Position numbers and translations under genes: made by a program. A stretch of 64,000 nucleotides of DNA, taken from assembly GCF_041886205.1 (NCBI RefSeq), contig NZ_CP169029.1. One strand, written 5' to 3'. This DNA is from Escherichia coli. Lineage in GTDB: Bacteria > Pseudomonadota > Gammaproteobacteria > Enterobacterales > Enterobacteriaceae. Shown piece after piece: positions 1 through 11,847 of the stretch. How positions within the stretch are numbered: position 1 is the stretch's first letter; every line of letters begins with the position of its first letter. The notes under the pieces are model-generated. The model had not been told where the DNA came from and ran no database searches. It saw nothing but the letters and a program-made list of their open reading frames with translations.

Positions 1-1
1 C

Positions 2-739
2 GGCAAAATCAACTGGGGCATCGGCATAGGCCTTGCGGGAAGTACCTACAATAACAATTACCCGGAAGACCAGGCAGTGAAAAACTTTGTTGTGGCGAAT
101 ATCACAGGATCGGATTGTCGGCAGTTGATCCATGTTGAAAATGGTAAACATTTTGTTATTCGTAATATCAAAGCCAGCAATATCACGCCGGATTTCAGTA
201 AGAAAGCAGGTATTGATAACGCGACGGTCGCTATTTACGGTTGTGAGAATTTCGTGATTGATAATATTGAAATGATTAATAGCGCCGGGATGTTAATCGG
301 CTATGGGGTAATTAAAGGCAAATATCTCTCGATACCGCAAAATTTCCGAGTGAATAATATTCAGCTGGATAACACCCATCTTGCTTATAAATTGCGCGGT
401 ATCCAAATCTCCGCCGGGAATGCTGTCTCCTTTGTGGCGCTGACTAACATTGAGATGAAGCGTGCCTCGCTTGAGCTACACAACAAACCGCAACATCTTT
501 TTATGCGAAATATCAAGGTGATGCAGGAATCCTCAGTTGGACCCGCATTGAGCATGAACTTCGACATGCGCAAAGACGTTCGCGGCGTGTTTATGGCGAA
601 AAAAGAAACACTGCTGTCTCTTGCAAATGTTCATGCGGTGAATGAAAGAGGGCAAAGCTCCGTCGATATCGACAGGATTAATCACCATATTGTTAATGTG
701 GAAAAGATTAACTTTAGATTGCCGGAACGGAGAGAGTAG
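2..739 (+). CDS. wcaM: colanic acid biosynthesis protein WcaM, C-terminal part (gene starts upstream of the window)
   Basis: Frame is open from the window edge to the stop at 739; lies immediately upstream of gne/galF as at the colanic-acid/O-antigen junction; repetitive beta-helix-like sequence. Confidence 0.55.
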   Translation, partial: GKINWGIGIGLAGSTYNNNYPEDQAVKNFVVANITGSDCRQLIHVENGKHFVIRNIKASNITPDFSKKAGIDNATVAIYGCENFVIDNIEMINSAGMLIGYGVIKGKYLSIPQNFRVNNIQLDNTHLAYKLRGIQISAGNAVSFVALTNIEMKRASLELHNKPQHLFMRNIKVMQESSVGPALSMNFDMRKDVRGVFMAKKETLLSLANVHAVNERGQSSVDIDRINHHIVNVEKINFRLPERRE

Positions 740-896
740 ATTTGCGACCATTCATAAACTTACTGGATATAATGTTCTAAAAGATTATAATCCTCACACT
801 AACTGTTAAAGCTGGGGCTGGGCAGCATTGACTACTCAGGGAAGGTACTCATCTTTATCTTGTGTTTCTTACGTAACAACCAGACTAAAGTGATTT

Positions 897-1892
897 ATGA
901 ACGATAACGTTTTGCTCATAGGAGCTTCCGGATTCGTAGGAACCCGACTACTTGAAACGGCAATTGCTGACTTTAATATCAAGAACCTGGACAAACAGCA
1001 GAGCCACTTTTATCCAGAAATCACACAGATTGGTGATGTTCGTGATCAACAGGCACTCGACCAGGCGTTAGCCGGTTTTGACACTGTTGTGCTACTGGCA
1101 GCGGAACACCGCGATGACGTCAGCCCTACTTCTCTCTATTATGATGTCAACGTTCAGGGTACCCGCAATGTGCTGGCGGCCATGGAAAAAAATGGCGTTA
1201 AAAATATCATCTTTACCAGTTCCGTTGCTGTTTATGGTTTGAACAAACACAACCCTGACGAAAACCATCCACACGATCCCTTCAACCACTACGGCAAAAG
1301 TAAGTGGCAGGCAGAGGAAGTGCTGCGTGAATGGTATAACAAAGCACCAACAGAACGTTCATTAACCATCATCCGTCCTACCGTTATCTTCGGTGAACGG
1401 AACCGCGGTAACGTCTATAACTTGCTGAAACAGATCGCTGGCGGCAAGTTTATGATGGTGGGCGCAGGGACTAACTATAAGTCCATGGCTTATGTTGGAA
1501 ACATTGTTGAGTTTATCAAGTACAAACTGAAGAATGTTGCCGCAGGTTACGAGGTTTATAACTACGTTGATAAGCCAGACCTGAACATGAACCAGTTGGT
1601 TGCTGAAGTTGAACAAAGCCTGAACAAAAAGATCCCTTCTATGCACTTGCCTTACCCACTAGGAATGCTGGGTGGATATTGCTTTGATATCCTGAGCAAA
1701 ATTACGGGCAAAAAATACGCTGTCAGCTCTGTGCGCGTGAAAAAATTCTGCGCAACAACACAGTTTGACGCAACGAAAGTGCATTCTTCAGGTTTTGTGG
1801 CACCGTATACGCTGTCGCAAGGTCTGGATCGAACTCTGCAGTATGAATTCGTCCATGCCAAAAAAGACGACATAACGTTTGTTTCTGAGTAA
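897..1892 (+). CDS. gne: UDP-N-acetylglucosamine 4-epimerase (NAD-dependent epimerase/dehydratase family)
   Basis: 331 aa with N-terminal GxxGxxG Rossmann motif (LLIGASGFVGTRL); located between wcaM and galF as in O55/O157-type strains. Confidence 0.7.
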   Translation: MNDNVLLIGASGFVGTRLLETAIADFNIKNLDKQQSHFYPEITQIGDVRDQQALDQALAGFDTVVLLAAEHRDDVSPTSLYYDVNVQGTRNVLAAMEKNGVKNIIFTSSVAVYGLNKHNPDENHPHDPFNHYGKSKWQAEEVLREWYNKAPTERSLTIIRPTVIFGERNRGNVYNLLKQIAGGKFMMVGAGTNYKSMAYVGNIVEFIKYKLKNVAAGYEVYNYVDKPDLNMNQLVAEVEQSLNKKIPSMHLPYPLGMLGGYCFDILSKITGKKYAVSSVRVKKFCATTQFDATKVHSSGFVAPYTLSQGLDRTLQYEFVHAKKDDITFVSE

Positions 1893-2134
1893 TGCAGACG
1901 AGTCAGAGAAAAAAGGACCAGGTTGGACTACGATTATTCGGAAAGAGGTACTGATTAAATTATCAGTATGTGGATTTCCGAGTAATCCGAGTAACCCAGA
2001 TGCTGATGGTGTGTAGTGTTATCGTAAGGTTTAATCAAAGTTATGCGGAACTAAGCTTTGGTATATAGCCATAACGTTTGGCTAACCTATGGCAATAATT
2101 TACGCACTATCAGCCACTTAGAGGTAGGAAAAGA

Positions 2135-3028
2135 ATGACGAATTTAAAAGCAGTTATACCGGTAGCAGGTCTTGGGATGCATATGTTGCCTGCCACTAAG
2201 GCGATTCCCAAAGAGATGCTACCGATCGTCGACAAGCCAATGATTCAGTACATTGTTGACGAGATTGTGGCTGCAGGGATCAAAGAAATCCTCCTGGTAA
2301 CTCACGCGTCCAAGAACGCAGTCGAAAACCACTTCGACACCTCTTATGAATTAGAATCTCTCCTTGAACAGCGCGTGAAGCGTCAACTACTGGCGGAAGT
2401 ACAATCTATCTGTCCGCCGGGCGTGACCATTATGAACGTGCGTCAGGGTGAACCTTTAGGTTTAGGCCACTCCATTTTATGTGCGCGACCTGCCATTGGT
2501 GACAATCCATTTGTCGTGGTGCTGCCAGACGTTGTGATCGACGACGCCAGCGCCGACCCGTTGCGTTACAACCTTGCTGCCATGATTGCGCGCTTCAATG
2601 AAACGGGCCGTAGCCAGGTGCTGGCAAAACGTATGCCGGGTGACCTCTCTGAATACTCCGTCATCCAGACCAAAGAACCGCTGGATCGTGAAGGTAAAGT
2701 CAGCCGCATTGTTGAATTTATCGAAAAACCGGATCAGCCGCAGACGCTGGACTCAGACATAATGGCCGTTGGTCGCTATGTGCTTTCTGCCGATATTTGG
2801 CCGGAACTTGAACGCACTCAGCCTGGTGCATGGGGACGTATTCAGCTGACTGATGCCATTGCTGAACTGGCGAAAAAACAGTCCGTTGATGCCATGCTGA
2901 TGACAGGTGACAGCTACGACTGCGGTAAAAAAATGGGTTATATGCAGGCGTTTGTGAAGTATGGACTACGCAACTTGAAAGAAGGGGCGAAGTTCCGCAA
3001 AGGTATCGAGAAGCTGTTAAGCGAATAA
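2135..3028 (+). CDS. galF: UTP-glucose-1-phosphate uridylyltransferase paralog GalF
   Basis: 297 aa; conserved GalU/GalF N-terminus ([34 protein letters not shown]); conserved position upstream of the O-antigen cluster. Confidence 0.9.
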   Translation: MTNLKAVIPVAGLGMHMLPATKAIPKEMLPIVDKPMIQYIVDEIVAAGIKEILLVTHASKNAVENHFDTSYELESLLEQRVKRQLLAEVQSICPPGVTIMNVRQGEPLGLGHSILCARPAIGDNPFVVVLPDVVIDDASADPLRYNLAAMIARFNETGRSQVLAKRMPGDLSEYSVIQTKEPLDREGKVSRIVEFIEKPDQPQTLDSDIMAVGRYVLSADIWPELERTQPGAWGRIQLTDAIAELAKKQSVDAMLMTGDSYDCGKKMGYMQAFVKYGLRNLKEGAKFRKGIEKLLSE

Positions 3029-3257
3029 TGAAAATCTGACCGAATGTAACGGTTGATAAGGAAATAATAACGGCAGTGAAAAACTATAGATCAATAAATA
3101 TCACTGCTGTTGAGCGTTTATAATTAACTATGCTACCAATGAATAAATAGTGTGCAGATATGTATTTTTTGTTTGGTAGTCTTGTTTCTCCCTCTGAATA
3201 ATAAGATAATAAACGCTTGGAGATGATTTTTTTAACATGGATTATCATTTCGTACAC

Positions 3258-3296
3258 TGGTAGCGATTAAGCCAGGGGCGGTAGCGTGCATAAATT
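3258..3296 (+). promoter_or_regulatory. JUMPstart element with ops site (GGCGGTAGCGTG at about 3277-3288) for RfaH-dependent antitermination
   Basis: ops consensus read directly in the galF-wbdN intergenic region, preceded by the tggtagcg direct repeat typical of JUMPstart. Confidence 0.8.
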
Positions 3297-3346
3297 TTAA
3301 TGCTTATCAAAACTATTAGCATTAAAAATATATAAGAAATTCTCAA

Positions 3347-4129
3347 ATGAACAAAGAAACCGTTTCAATAATTATGCCCGTTTACAATGGGGCCAAAACT
3401 ATAATCTCATCAGTAGAATCAATTATACATCAATCTTATCAAGATTTTGTTTTGTATATCATTGACGATTGTAGCACCGATGATACATTTTCATTAATCA
3501 ACAGTCGATACAAAAACAATCAGAAAATAAGAATATTGCGTAACAAGACAAATTTAGGTGTTGCAGAAAGTCGAAATTATGGAATAGAAATGGCCACGGG
3601 GAAATATATTTCTTTTTGTGATGCGGATGATTTGTGGCACGAGAAAAAATTAGAGCGTCAAATCGAAGTGTTAAATAATGAATGTGTAGATGTGGTATGT
3701 TCTAATTATTATGTTATAGATAACAAAAGAAATATTGTTGGCGAAGTTAATGCTCCTCATGTGATAAATTATAGAAAAATGCTCATGAAAAACTACATAG
3801 GGAATTTGACAGGAATCTATAATGCCAACAAATTGGGTAAGTTTTATCAAAAAAAGATTGGTCACGAGGATTATTTGATGTGGCTGGAAATAATTAATAA
3901 AACAAATGGTGCTATTTGTATTCAAGATAATCTGGCGTATTACATGCGTTCAAATAATTCACTATCGGGTAATAAAATTAAAGCTGCAAAATGGACATGG
4001 AGTATATATAGAGAACATTTATATTTGTCCTTTCCAAAAACATTATATTATTTTTTATTATATGCTTCAAATGGAGTCATGAAAAAAATAACACATTCAC
4101 TATTAAGGAGAAAGGAGACTAAAAAGTGA
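3347..4129 (+). CDS. wbdN: family-2 glycosyltransferase (O157 O-unit assembly)
   Basis: 260 aa; GT2 N-terminal motif (VSIIMPVYNG ... IIDDCSTD ... DADD); first gene after JUMPstart; AT-rich. Confidence 0.75.
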   Translation: MNKETVSIIMPVYNGAKTIISSVESIIHQSYQDFVLYIIDDCSTDDTFSLINSRYKNNQKIRILRNKTNLGVAESRNYGIEMATGKYISFCDADDLWHEKKLERQIEVLNNECVDVVCSNYYVIDNKRNIVGEVNAPHVINYRKMLMKNYIGNLTGIYNANKLGKFYQKKIGHEDYLMWLEIINKTNGAICIQDNLAYYMRSNNSLSGNKIKAAKWTWSIYREHLYLSFPKTLYYFLLYASNGVMKKITHSLLRRKETKK

Positions 4130-5310
4130 AGTCAGCGGCTAAGTTGATTTTTTTATTCCTATTTACACTTTATAGTCTCCAGTTGTATGGGGTTATCATA
4201 GATGATCGTATAACAAATTTTGATACAAAGGTATTAACTAGTATTATAATTATATTTCAGATTTTTTTTGTTTTATTATTTTATCTAACGATTATAAATG
4301 AAAGAAAACAGCAGAAAAAATTTATCGTGAACTGGGAGCTAAAGTTAATACTCGTTTTCCTTTTTGTGACTATAGAAATTGCTGCTGTAGTTTTATTTCT
4401 TAAAGAAGGTATTCCTATATTTGATGATGATCCAGGGGGGGCTAAACTTAGAATAGCTGAAGGTAATGGACTTTACATTAGATATATTAAGTATTTTGGT
4501 AATATAGTTGTGTTTGCATTAATTATTCTTTATGATGAGCATAAATTCAAACAGAGGACCATCATATTTGTATATTTTACAACGATTGCTTTATTTGGTT
4601 ATCGTTCTGAATTGGTGTTGCTCATTCTTCAATATATATTGATTACCAATATCCTGTCAAAGGATAACCGTAATCCTAAAATAAAAAGAATAATAGGGTA
4701 TTTTTTATTGGTAGGGGTTGTATGCTCGTTGTTTTATCTAAGTTTAGGACAAGACGGAGAACAAAATGACTCATATAATAATATGTTAAGGATAATTAAT
4801 AGGTTAACAATAGAGCAAGTTGAAAGTGTTCCATATGTTGTTTCTGAATCTATTAAGAACGATTTCTTTCCGACACCAGAGTTAGAAAAGGAATTAAAAG
4901 CAATAATAAATAGAATACAGGGAATAAAGCATCAAGACTTATTTTATGGAGAACGGTTACATAAACAAGTATTTGGAGACATGGGAGCAAATTTTTTATC
5001 AGTTACTACGTATGGAGCAGAACTATTAGTTTTTTTTGGTTTTCTCTGTGTATTCATTATCCCTTTAGGGATATATATACCTTTTTATCTTTTAAAGAGA
5101 ATGAAAAAAACCCATAGCTCGATAAACTGCGCATTCTATTCATATATCATTATGATTTTATTGCAATACTTAGTGGCTGGGAATGCATCGGCCTTCTTTT
5201 TTGGTCCTTTTCTCTCCGTATTGATAATGTGTACTCCTCTGATCTTATTGCATGATACGTTAAAGAGATTATCACAAAATGAAAATATCAGTTATAACTG
5301 TGACTTATAA
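4126..5310 (+). CDS. wzy: O-antigen polymerase Wzy
   Basis: 394 aa, highly hydrophobic multi-spanning membrane protein, very AT-rich, position matches O157 cluster order. Confidence 0.75.
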   Translation: MKSAAKLIFLFLFTLYSLQLYGVIIDDRITNFDTKVLTSIIIIFQIFFVLLFYLTIINERKQQKKFIVNWELKLILVFLFVTIEIAAVVLFLKEGIPIFDDDPGGAKLRIAEGNGLYIRYIKYFGNIVVFALIILYDEHKFKQRTIIFVYFTTIALFGYRSELVLLILQYILITNILSKDNRNPKIKRIIGYFLLVGVVCSLFYLSLGQDGEQNDSYNNMLRIINRLTIEQVESVPYVVSESIKNDFFPTPELEKELKAIINRIQGIKHQDLFYGERLHKQVFGDMGANFLSVTTYGAELLVFFGFLCVFIIPLGIYIPFYLLKRMKKTHSSINCAFYSYIIMILLQYLVAGNASAFFFGPFLSVLIMCTPLILLHDTLKRLSQNENISYNCDL

Positions 5311-6025
5311 TAATGCTGAAGGGTTAGAAAAAACTTTAAGTAGTTTATCAATTTTAAAAATAAAACCTTTTGAGATTATTATAGTTGATGGCGGCTCTAC
5401 AGATGGAACGAATCGTGTCATTAGTAGATTTACTAGTATGAATATTACACATGTTTATGAAAAAGATGAAGGGATATATGATGCGATGAATAAGGGTCGA
5501 ATGTTGGCCAAAGGCGACTTAATACATTATTTAAACGCCGGCGATAGCGTAATTGGAGATATATATAAAAATATCAAAGAGCCATGTTTGATTAAAGTTG
5601 GCCTTTTCGAAAATGATAAACTTCTGGGATTTTCTTCTATAACCCATTCAAATACAGGGTATTGTCATCAAGGGGTGATTTTCCCAAAGAATCATTCAGA
5701 ATATGATCTAAGGTATAAAATATGTGCTGATTATAAGCTTATTCAAGAGGTGTTTCCTGAAGGGTTAAGATCTCTATCTTTGATTACTTCGGGTTATGTA
5801 AAATATGATATGGGGGGAGTATCTTCAAAAAAAAGAATTTTAAGAGATAAAGAGCTTGCCAAAATTATGTTTGAAAAAAACAAAAAAAACCTTATTAAGT
5901 TTATTCCAATTTCAATAATCAAAATTTTATTCCCTGAACGTTTAAGAAGAGTATTGCGGAAAATGCAATATATTTGTCTAACTTTATTCTTCATGAAGAA
6001 TAGTTCACCATATGATAATGAATAA
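5279..6025 (+). CDS. wbdO: family-2 glycosyltransferase
   Basis: 248 aa; GT2 motifs (ISVITVTYNN ... IIIVDGGSTDGT ... DAMNKG); position in O157 order. Confidence 0.75.
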   Translation: MKISVITVTYNNAEGLEKTLSSLSILKIKPFEIIIVDGGSTDGTNRVISRFTSMNITHVYEKDEGIYDAMNKGRMLAKGDLIHYLNAGDSVIGDIYKNIKEPCLIKVGLFENDKLLGFSSITHSNTGYCHQGVIFPKNHSEYDLRYKICADYKLIQEVFPEGLRSLSLITSGYVKYDMGGVSSKKRILRDKELAKIMFEKNKKNLIKFIPISIIKILFPERLRRVLRKMQYICLTLFFMKNSSPYDNE

Positions 6026-7403
6026 AATCAAAAAAATACTTAAATTTTGCACTTTAAAAAAATATGATACATCAAGTGCTTTAGGTAGAGAACAGGAAAG
6101 GTACAGGATTATATCCTTGTCTGTTATTTCAAGTTTGATTAGTAAAATACTCTCACTACTTTCTCTTATATTAACTGTAAGTTTAACTTTACCTTATTTA
6201 GGACAAGAGAGATTTGGTGTATGGATGACTATTACCAGTCTTGGTGCTGCTCTGACATTTTTGGACTTAGGTATAGGAAATGCATTAACAAACAGGATCG
6301 CACATTCATTTGCGTGTGGCAAAAATTTAAAGATGAGTCGGCAAATTAGTGGTGGGCTCACTTTGCTGGCTGGATTATCGTTTGTCATAACTGCAATATG
6401 CTATATTACTTCTGGCATGATTGATTGGCAACTAGTAATAAAAGGTATAAACGAGAATGTGTATGCAGAGTTACAACACTCAATTAAAGTCTTTGTAATC
6501 ATATTTGGACTTGGAATTTATTCAAATGGTGTGCAAAAAGTTTATATGGGAATACAAAAAGCCTATATAAGTAATATTGTTAATGCCATATTTATATTGT
6601 TATCTATTATTACTCTAGTAATATCGTCGAAACTACATGCGGGACTACCAGTTTTAATTGTCAGCACTCTTGGTATTCAATACATATCGGGAATCTATTT
6701 AACAATTAATCTTATTATAAAGCGATTAATAAAGTTTACAAAAGTTAACATACATGCTAAAAGAGAAGCTCCATATTTGATATTAAATGGTTTTTTCTTT
6801 TTTATTTTACAGTTAGGCACTCTGGCAACATGGAGTGGTGATAACTTTATAATATCTATAACATTGGGTGTTACTTATGTTGCTGTTTTTAGCATTACAC
6901 AGAGATTATTTCAAATATCTACGGTCCCTCTTACGATTTATAACATCCCGTTATGGGCTGCTTATGCAGATGCTCATGCACGCAATGATACTCAATTTAT
7001 AAAAAAGACGCTCAGAACATCATTGAAAATAGTGGGTATTTTATCATTCTTATTGGCCTTCATATTAGTAGTGTTCGGTAGTGAAGTCGTTAATATTTGG
7101 ACAGAAGGAAAGATTCAGGTACCTCGAACATTCATAATAGCTTATGCTTTATGGTCTGTTATTGATGCTTTTTCGAATACATTTGCAAGCTTTTTAAATG
7201 GTTTGAACATAGTTAAACAACAAATGCTTGCTGTTGTAACATTGATATTGATCGCAATTCCAGCAAAATACATCATAGTTAGCCATTTTGGGTTAACTGT
7301 TATGTTGTACTGCTTCATTTTTATATATATTGTAAATTACTTTATATGGTATAAATGTAGTTTTAAAAAACATATCGATAGACAGTTAAATATAAGAGGA
7401 TGA
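6012..7403 (+). CDS. wzx: O-antigen flippase Wzx
   Basis: 463 aa polytopic membrane protein with about 12 predicted TM segments; AT-rich; position in O157 order. Confidence 0.75.
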   Translation: MIMNKIKKILKFCTLKKYDTSSALGREQERYRIISLSVISSLISKILSLLSLILTVSLTLPYLGQERFGVWMTITSLGAALTFLDLGIGNALTNRIAHSFACGKNLKMSRQISGGLTLLAGLSFVITAICYITSGMIDWQLVIKGINENVYAELQHSIKVFVIIFGLGIYSNGVQKVYMGIQKAYISNIVNAIFILLSIITLVISSKLHAGLPVLIVSTLGIQYISGIYLTINLIIKRLIKFTKVNIHAKREAPYLILNGFFFFILQLGTLATWSGDNFIISITLGVTYVAVFSITQRLFQISTVPLTIYNIPLWAAYADAHARNDTQFIKKTLRTSLKIVGILSFLLAFILVVFGSEVVNIWTEGKIQVPRTFIIAYALWSVIDAFSNTFASFLNGLNIVKQQMLAVVTLILIAIPAKYIIVSHFGLTVMLYCFIFIYIVNYFIWYKCSFKKHIDRQLNIRG

Positions 7404-7405
7404 AA

Positions 7406-8500
7406 ATGAAATATATACCAGTTTACCAACCGTCATTGACAGGAAAAGAAAAAGAATATGTAAATGAATGTCTGGACTCAACGTGGATTTCATCAAAAGG
7501 AAACTATATTCAGAAGTTTGAAAATAAATTTGCGGAACAAAACCATGTGCAATATGCAACTACTGTAAGTAATGGAACGGTTGCTCTTCATTTAGCTTTG
7601 TTAGCGTTAGGTATATCGGAAGGAGATGAAGTTATTGTTCCAACACTGACATATATAGCATCAGTTAATGCTATAAAATACACAGGAGCCACCCCCATTT
7701 TCGTTGATTCAGATAATGAAACTTGGCAAATGTCTGTTAGTGACATAGAACAAAAAATCACTAATAAAACTAAAGCTATTATGTGTGTCCATTTATACGG
7801 ACATCCATGTGATATGGAACAAATTGTAGAACTGGCCAAAAGTAGAAATTTGTTTGTAATTGAAGATTGCGCTGAAGCCTTTGGTTCTAAATATAAAGGT
7901 AAATATGTGGGAACATTTGGAGATATTTCTACTTTTAGCTTTTTTGGAAATAAAACTATTACTACAGGTGAAGGTGGAATGGTTGTCACGAATGACAAAA
8001 CACTTTATGACCGTTGTTTACATTTTAAAGGCCAAGGATTAGCTGTACATAGGCAATATTGGCATGACGTTATAGGCTACAATTATAGGATGACAAATAT
8101 CTGCGCTGCTATAGGATTAGCCCAGTTAGAACAAGCTGATGATTTTATATCACGAAAACGTGAAATTGCTGATATTTATAAAAAAAATATCAACAGTCTT
8201 GTACAAGTCCACAAGGAAAGTAAAGATGTTTTTCACACTTATTGGATGGTCTCAATTCTAACTAGGACCGCAGAGGAAAGAGAGGAATTAAGGAATCACC
8301 TTGCAGATAAACTCATCGAAACAAGGCCAGTTTTTTACCCTGTCCACACGATGCCAATGTACTCGGAAAAATATCAAAAGCACCCTATAGCTGAGGATCT
8401 TGGTTGGCGTGGAATTAATCTACCTAGTTTCCCCAGCCTATCGAATGAGCAAGTTATTTATATTTGTGAATCTATTAACGAATTTTATAGTGATAAATAG
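7406..8500 (+). CDS. per: GDP-perosamine synthase (GDP-4-keto-6-deoxymannose 4-aminotransferase, DegT/AHBA family)
   Basis: Pyridoxal-phosphate aminotransferase of the DegT family (TTVSNGTVALHLAL ... FSFFGNKTITTGEGG); 364 aa from the MKYIPVYQP start; hallmark of the O157 perosamine pathway. Confidence 0.8.
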   Translation: MKYIPVYQPSLTGKEKEYVNECLDSTWISSKGNYIQKFENKFAEQNHVQYATTVSNGTVALHLALLALGISEGDEVIVPTLTYIASVNAIKYTGATPIFVDSDNETWQMSVSDIEQKITNKTKAIMCVHLYGHPCDMEQIVELAKSRNLFVIEDCAEAFGSKYKGKYVGTFGDISTFSFFGNKTITTGEGGMVVTNDKTLYDRCLHFKGQGLAVHRQYWHDVIGYNYRMTNICAAIGLAQLEQADDFISRKREIADIYKKNINSLVQVHKESKDVFHTYWMVSILTRTAEEREELRNHLADKLIETRPVFYPVHTMPMYSEKYQKHPIAEDLGWRGINLPSFPSLSNEQVIYICESINEFYSDK

Positions 8501-8524
8501 CCTAAAATATTGTAAAGGTCATTC

Positions 8525-9739
8525 ATGAAAATTGCGTTGAATTCAGATGGATTTTACGAGTGGGGCGGTGGAATTGATTTTATTAAATATATTCTGTCAA
8601 TATTAGAAACGAAACCAGAAATATGTATCGATATTCTTTTACCGAGAAATGATATACATTCTCTTATAAGAGAAAAAGCATTTCCTTTTAAAAGTATATT
8701 AAAAGCAATTTTAAAGAGGGAAAGGCCTCGATGGATTTCATTAAATAGATTTAATGAGCAATACTATAGAGATGCCTTTACACAAAATAATATAGAGACG
8801 AATCTTACCTTTATTAAAAGTAAGAGCTCTGCCTTTTATTCATATTTTGATAGTAGCGATTGTGATGTTATTCTTCCTTGCATGCGTGTTCCTTCGGGAA
8901 ATTTGAATAAAAAAGCATGGATTGGTTATATTTATGACTTTCAACACTGTTACTATCCTTCATTTTTTAGTAAGCGAGAAATAGATCAAAGGAATGTGTT
9001 TTTTAAATTGATGCTCAATTGCGCTAACAATATTATTGTTAATGCACATTCAGTTATTACCGATGCAAATAAATATGTTGGGAATTATTCTGCAAAACTA
9101 CATTCTCTTCCATTTAGTCCATGCCCTCAATTAAAATGGTTTGCTGATTACTCTGGTAATATTGCCAAATATAATATTGACAAGGATTATTTTATAATTT
9201 GCAATCAATTTTGGAAACATAAAGATCATGCAACTGCTTTTAGGGCATTTAAAATTTATACTGAATATAATCCTGATGTTTATTTAGTATGCACGGGAGC
9301 TACTCAAGATTATCGATTCCCTGGATATTTTAATGAATTGATGGTTTTGGCAAAAAAGCTCGGAATTGAATCGAAAATTAAGATATTAGGGCATATACCT
9401 AAACTTGAACAAATTGAATTAATCAAAAATTGCATTGCTGTAATACAACCAACCTTATTTGAAGGCGGGCCTGGAGGGGGGGTAACATTTGACGCTATTG
9501 CATTAGGGAAAAAAGTTATACTATCTGACATAGATGTCAATAAAGAAGTTAATTGCGGTGATGTATATTTCTTTCAGGCAAAAAACCATTATTCATTAAA
9601 TGACGCGATGGTAAAAGCTGATGAATCTAAAATTTTTTATGAACCTACAACTCTGATAGAATTGGGTCTCAAAAGACGCAATGCGTGTGCAGATTTTCTT
9701 TTAGATGTTGTGAAACAAGAAATTGAATCCCGATCTTAA
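8525..9739 (+). CDS. wbdP: family-1 (GT4-like) glycosyltransferase
   Basis: 404 aa; C-terminal EGGPGG-type motif of retaining glycosyltransferases; position in O157 order. Confidence 0.7.
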   Translation: MKIALNSDGFYEWGGGIDFIKYILSILETKPEICIDILLPRNDIHSLIREKAFPFKSILKAILKRERPRWISLNRFNEQYYRDAFTQNNIETNLTFIKSKSSAFYSYFDSSDCDVILPCMRVPSGNLNKKAWIGYIYDFQHCYYPSFFSKREIDQRNVFFKLMLNCANNIIVNAHSVITDANKYVGNYSAKLHSLPFSPCPQLKWFADYSGNIAKYNIDKDYFIICNQFWKHKDHATAFRAFKIYTEYNPDVYLVCTGATQDYRFPGYFNELMVLAKKLGIESKIKILGHIPKLEQIELIKNCIAVIQPTLFEGGPGGGVTFDAIALGKKVILSDIDVNKEVNCGDVYFFQAKNHYSLNDAMVKADESKIFYEPTTLIELGLKRRNACADFLLDVVKQEIESRS

Positions 9740-9758
9740 TATATTCAAGAGGTATATA

Positions 9759-10877
9759 ATGACTAAAGTCGCTCTTATTACAGGTGTAACTGGACAAGAT
9801 GGATCTTATCTAGCTGAGTTTTTGCTTGATAAAGGGTATGAAGTTCATGGTATCAAACGCCGAGCCTCATCTTTTAATACAGAACGCATAGACCATATTT
9901 ATCAAGATCCACATGGTTCTAACCCAAATTTTCACTTGCACTATGGAGATCTGACTGATTCATCTAACCTCACTAGAATTCTAAAGGAGGTACAGCCAGA
10001 TGAAGTATATAATTTAGCTGCTATGAGTCACGTAGCAGTTTCTTTTGAGTCTCCAGAATATACAGCCGATGTCGATGCAATTGGTACATTACGTTTACTG
10101 GAAGCAATTCGCTTTTTAGGATTGGAAAACAAAACGCGTTTCTATCAAGCTTCAACCTCAGAATTATATGGACTTGTTCAGGAAATCCCTCAAAAAGAAT
10201 CCACCCCTTTTTATCCTCGTTCCCCTTATGCAGTTGCAAAACTTTACGCATATTGGATCACGGTAAATTATCGAGAGTCATATGGTATTTATGCATGTAA
10301 TGGTATATTGTTCAATCATGAATCTCCACGCCGTGGAGAAACGTTTGTAACAAGGAAAATTACTCGAGGACTTGCAAATATTGCACAAGGCTTGGAATCA
10401 TGTTTGTATTTAGGGAATATGGATTCGTTACGAGATTGGGGACATGCAAAAGATTATGTTAGAATGCAATGGTTGATGTTACAACAGGAGCAACCCGAAG
10501 ATTTTGTGATTGCAACAGGAGTCCAATACTCAGTCCGTCAGTTTGTCGAAATGGCAGCAGCACAACTTGGTATTAAGATGAGCTTTGTTGGTAAAGGAAT
10601 CGAAGAAAAAGGCATTGTAGATTCGGTTGAAGGACAGGATGCTCCAGGTGTGAAACCAGGTGATGTCATTGTTGCTGTTGATCCTCGTTATTTCCGACCA
10701 GCTGAAGTTGATACTTTGCTTGGAGATCCGAGCAAAGCTAATCTCAAACTTGGTTGGAGACCAGAAATTACTCTTGCTGAAATGATTTCTGAAATGGTTG
10801 CCAAAGATCTTGAAGCCGCTAAAAAACATTCTCTTTTAAAATCGCATGGTTTTTCTGTAAGCTTAGCTCTGGAATGA
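9759..10877 (+). CDS. gmd: GDP-mannose 4,6-dehydratase
   Basis: 372 aa from [35 protein letters not shown], the canonical Gmd N-terminus. Confidence 0.95.
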   Translation: MTKVALITGVTGQDGSYLAEFLLDKGYEVHGIKRRASSFNTERIDHIYQDPHGSNPNFHLHYGDLTDSSNLTRILKEVQPDEVYNLAAMSHVAVSFESPEYTADVDAIGTLRLLEAIRFLGLENKTRFYQASTSELYGLVQEIPQKESTPFYPRSPYAVAKLYAYWITVNYRESYGIYACNGILFNHESPRRGETFVTRKITRGLANIAQGLESCLYLGNMDSLRDWGHAKDYVRMQWLMLQQEQPEDFVIATGVQYSVRQFVEMAAAQLGIKMSFVGKGIEEKGIVDSVEGQDAPGVKPGDVIVAVDPRYFRPAEVDTLLGDPSKANLKLGWRPEITLAEMISEMVAKDLEAAKKHSLLKSHGFSVSLALE

Positions 10878-10879
10878 TG

Positions 10880-11845
10880 ATGAATAAGCAACGTATTTTT
10901 ATTGCTGGTCACCAAGGAATGGTTGGATCAGCTATTACCCGACGCCTCAAACAACGTGATGATGTTGAGTTGGTTTTGCGTACTCGGGATGAATTGAACT
11001 TGTTGGATAGTAGCGCTGTTTTGGATTTTTTTTCTTCACAGAAAATCGACCAGGTTTATTTGGCAGCAGCAAAAGTCGGAGGTATTTTAGCTAACAGTTC
11101 TTATCCTGCCGATTTTATATATGAGAATATAATGATAGAGGCGAATGTCATTCATGCTGCCCACAAAAATAATGTAAATAAACTGCTTTTCCTCGGTTCG
11201 TCGTGTATTTATCCTAAGTTAGCACACCAACCGATTATGGAAGACGAATTATTACAAGGGAAACTTGAGCCAACAAATGAACCTTATGCTATCGCAAAAA
11301 TTGCAGGTATTAAATTATGTGAATCTTATAACCGTCAGTTTGGGCGTGATTACCGTTCAGTAATGCCAACCAATCTTTATGGTCCAAATGACAATTTTCA
11401 TCCAAGTAATTCTCATGTGATTCCGGCGCTTTTGCGCCGCTTTCATGATGCTGTGGAAAACAATTCTCCGAATGTTGTTGTTTGGGGAAGTGGTACTCCA
11501 AAGCGTGAATTCTTACATGTAGATGATATGGCTTCTGCAAGCATTTATGTCATGGAGATGCCATACGATATATGGCAAAAAAATACTAAAGTAATGTTGT
11601 CTCATATCAATATTGGAACAGGTATTGACTGCACGATTTGTGAGCTTGCGGAAACAATAGCAAAAGTTGTAGGTTATAAAGGGCATATTACGTTCGATAC
11701 AACAAAGCCCGATGGAGCCCCTCGAAAACTACTTGATGTAACGCTTCTTCATCAACTAGGTTGGAATCATAAAATTACCCTTCACAAGGGTCTTGAAAAT
11801 ACATACAACTGGTTTCTTGAAAACCAACTTCAATATCGGGGGTAA
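10880..11845 (+). CDS. fcl: GDP-L-fucose synthase family (GDP-4-keto-6-deoxymannose 3,5-epimerase/4-reductase); in the O157 pathway this step feeds perosamine/fucose branch
   Basis: 321 aa; conserved Fcl N-terminus ([16 protein letters not shown]) and short-chain dehydrogenase fold. Confidence 0.9.
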
Positions 11846-11847
11846 TA

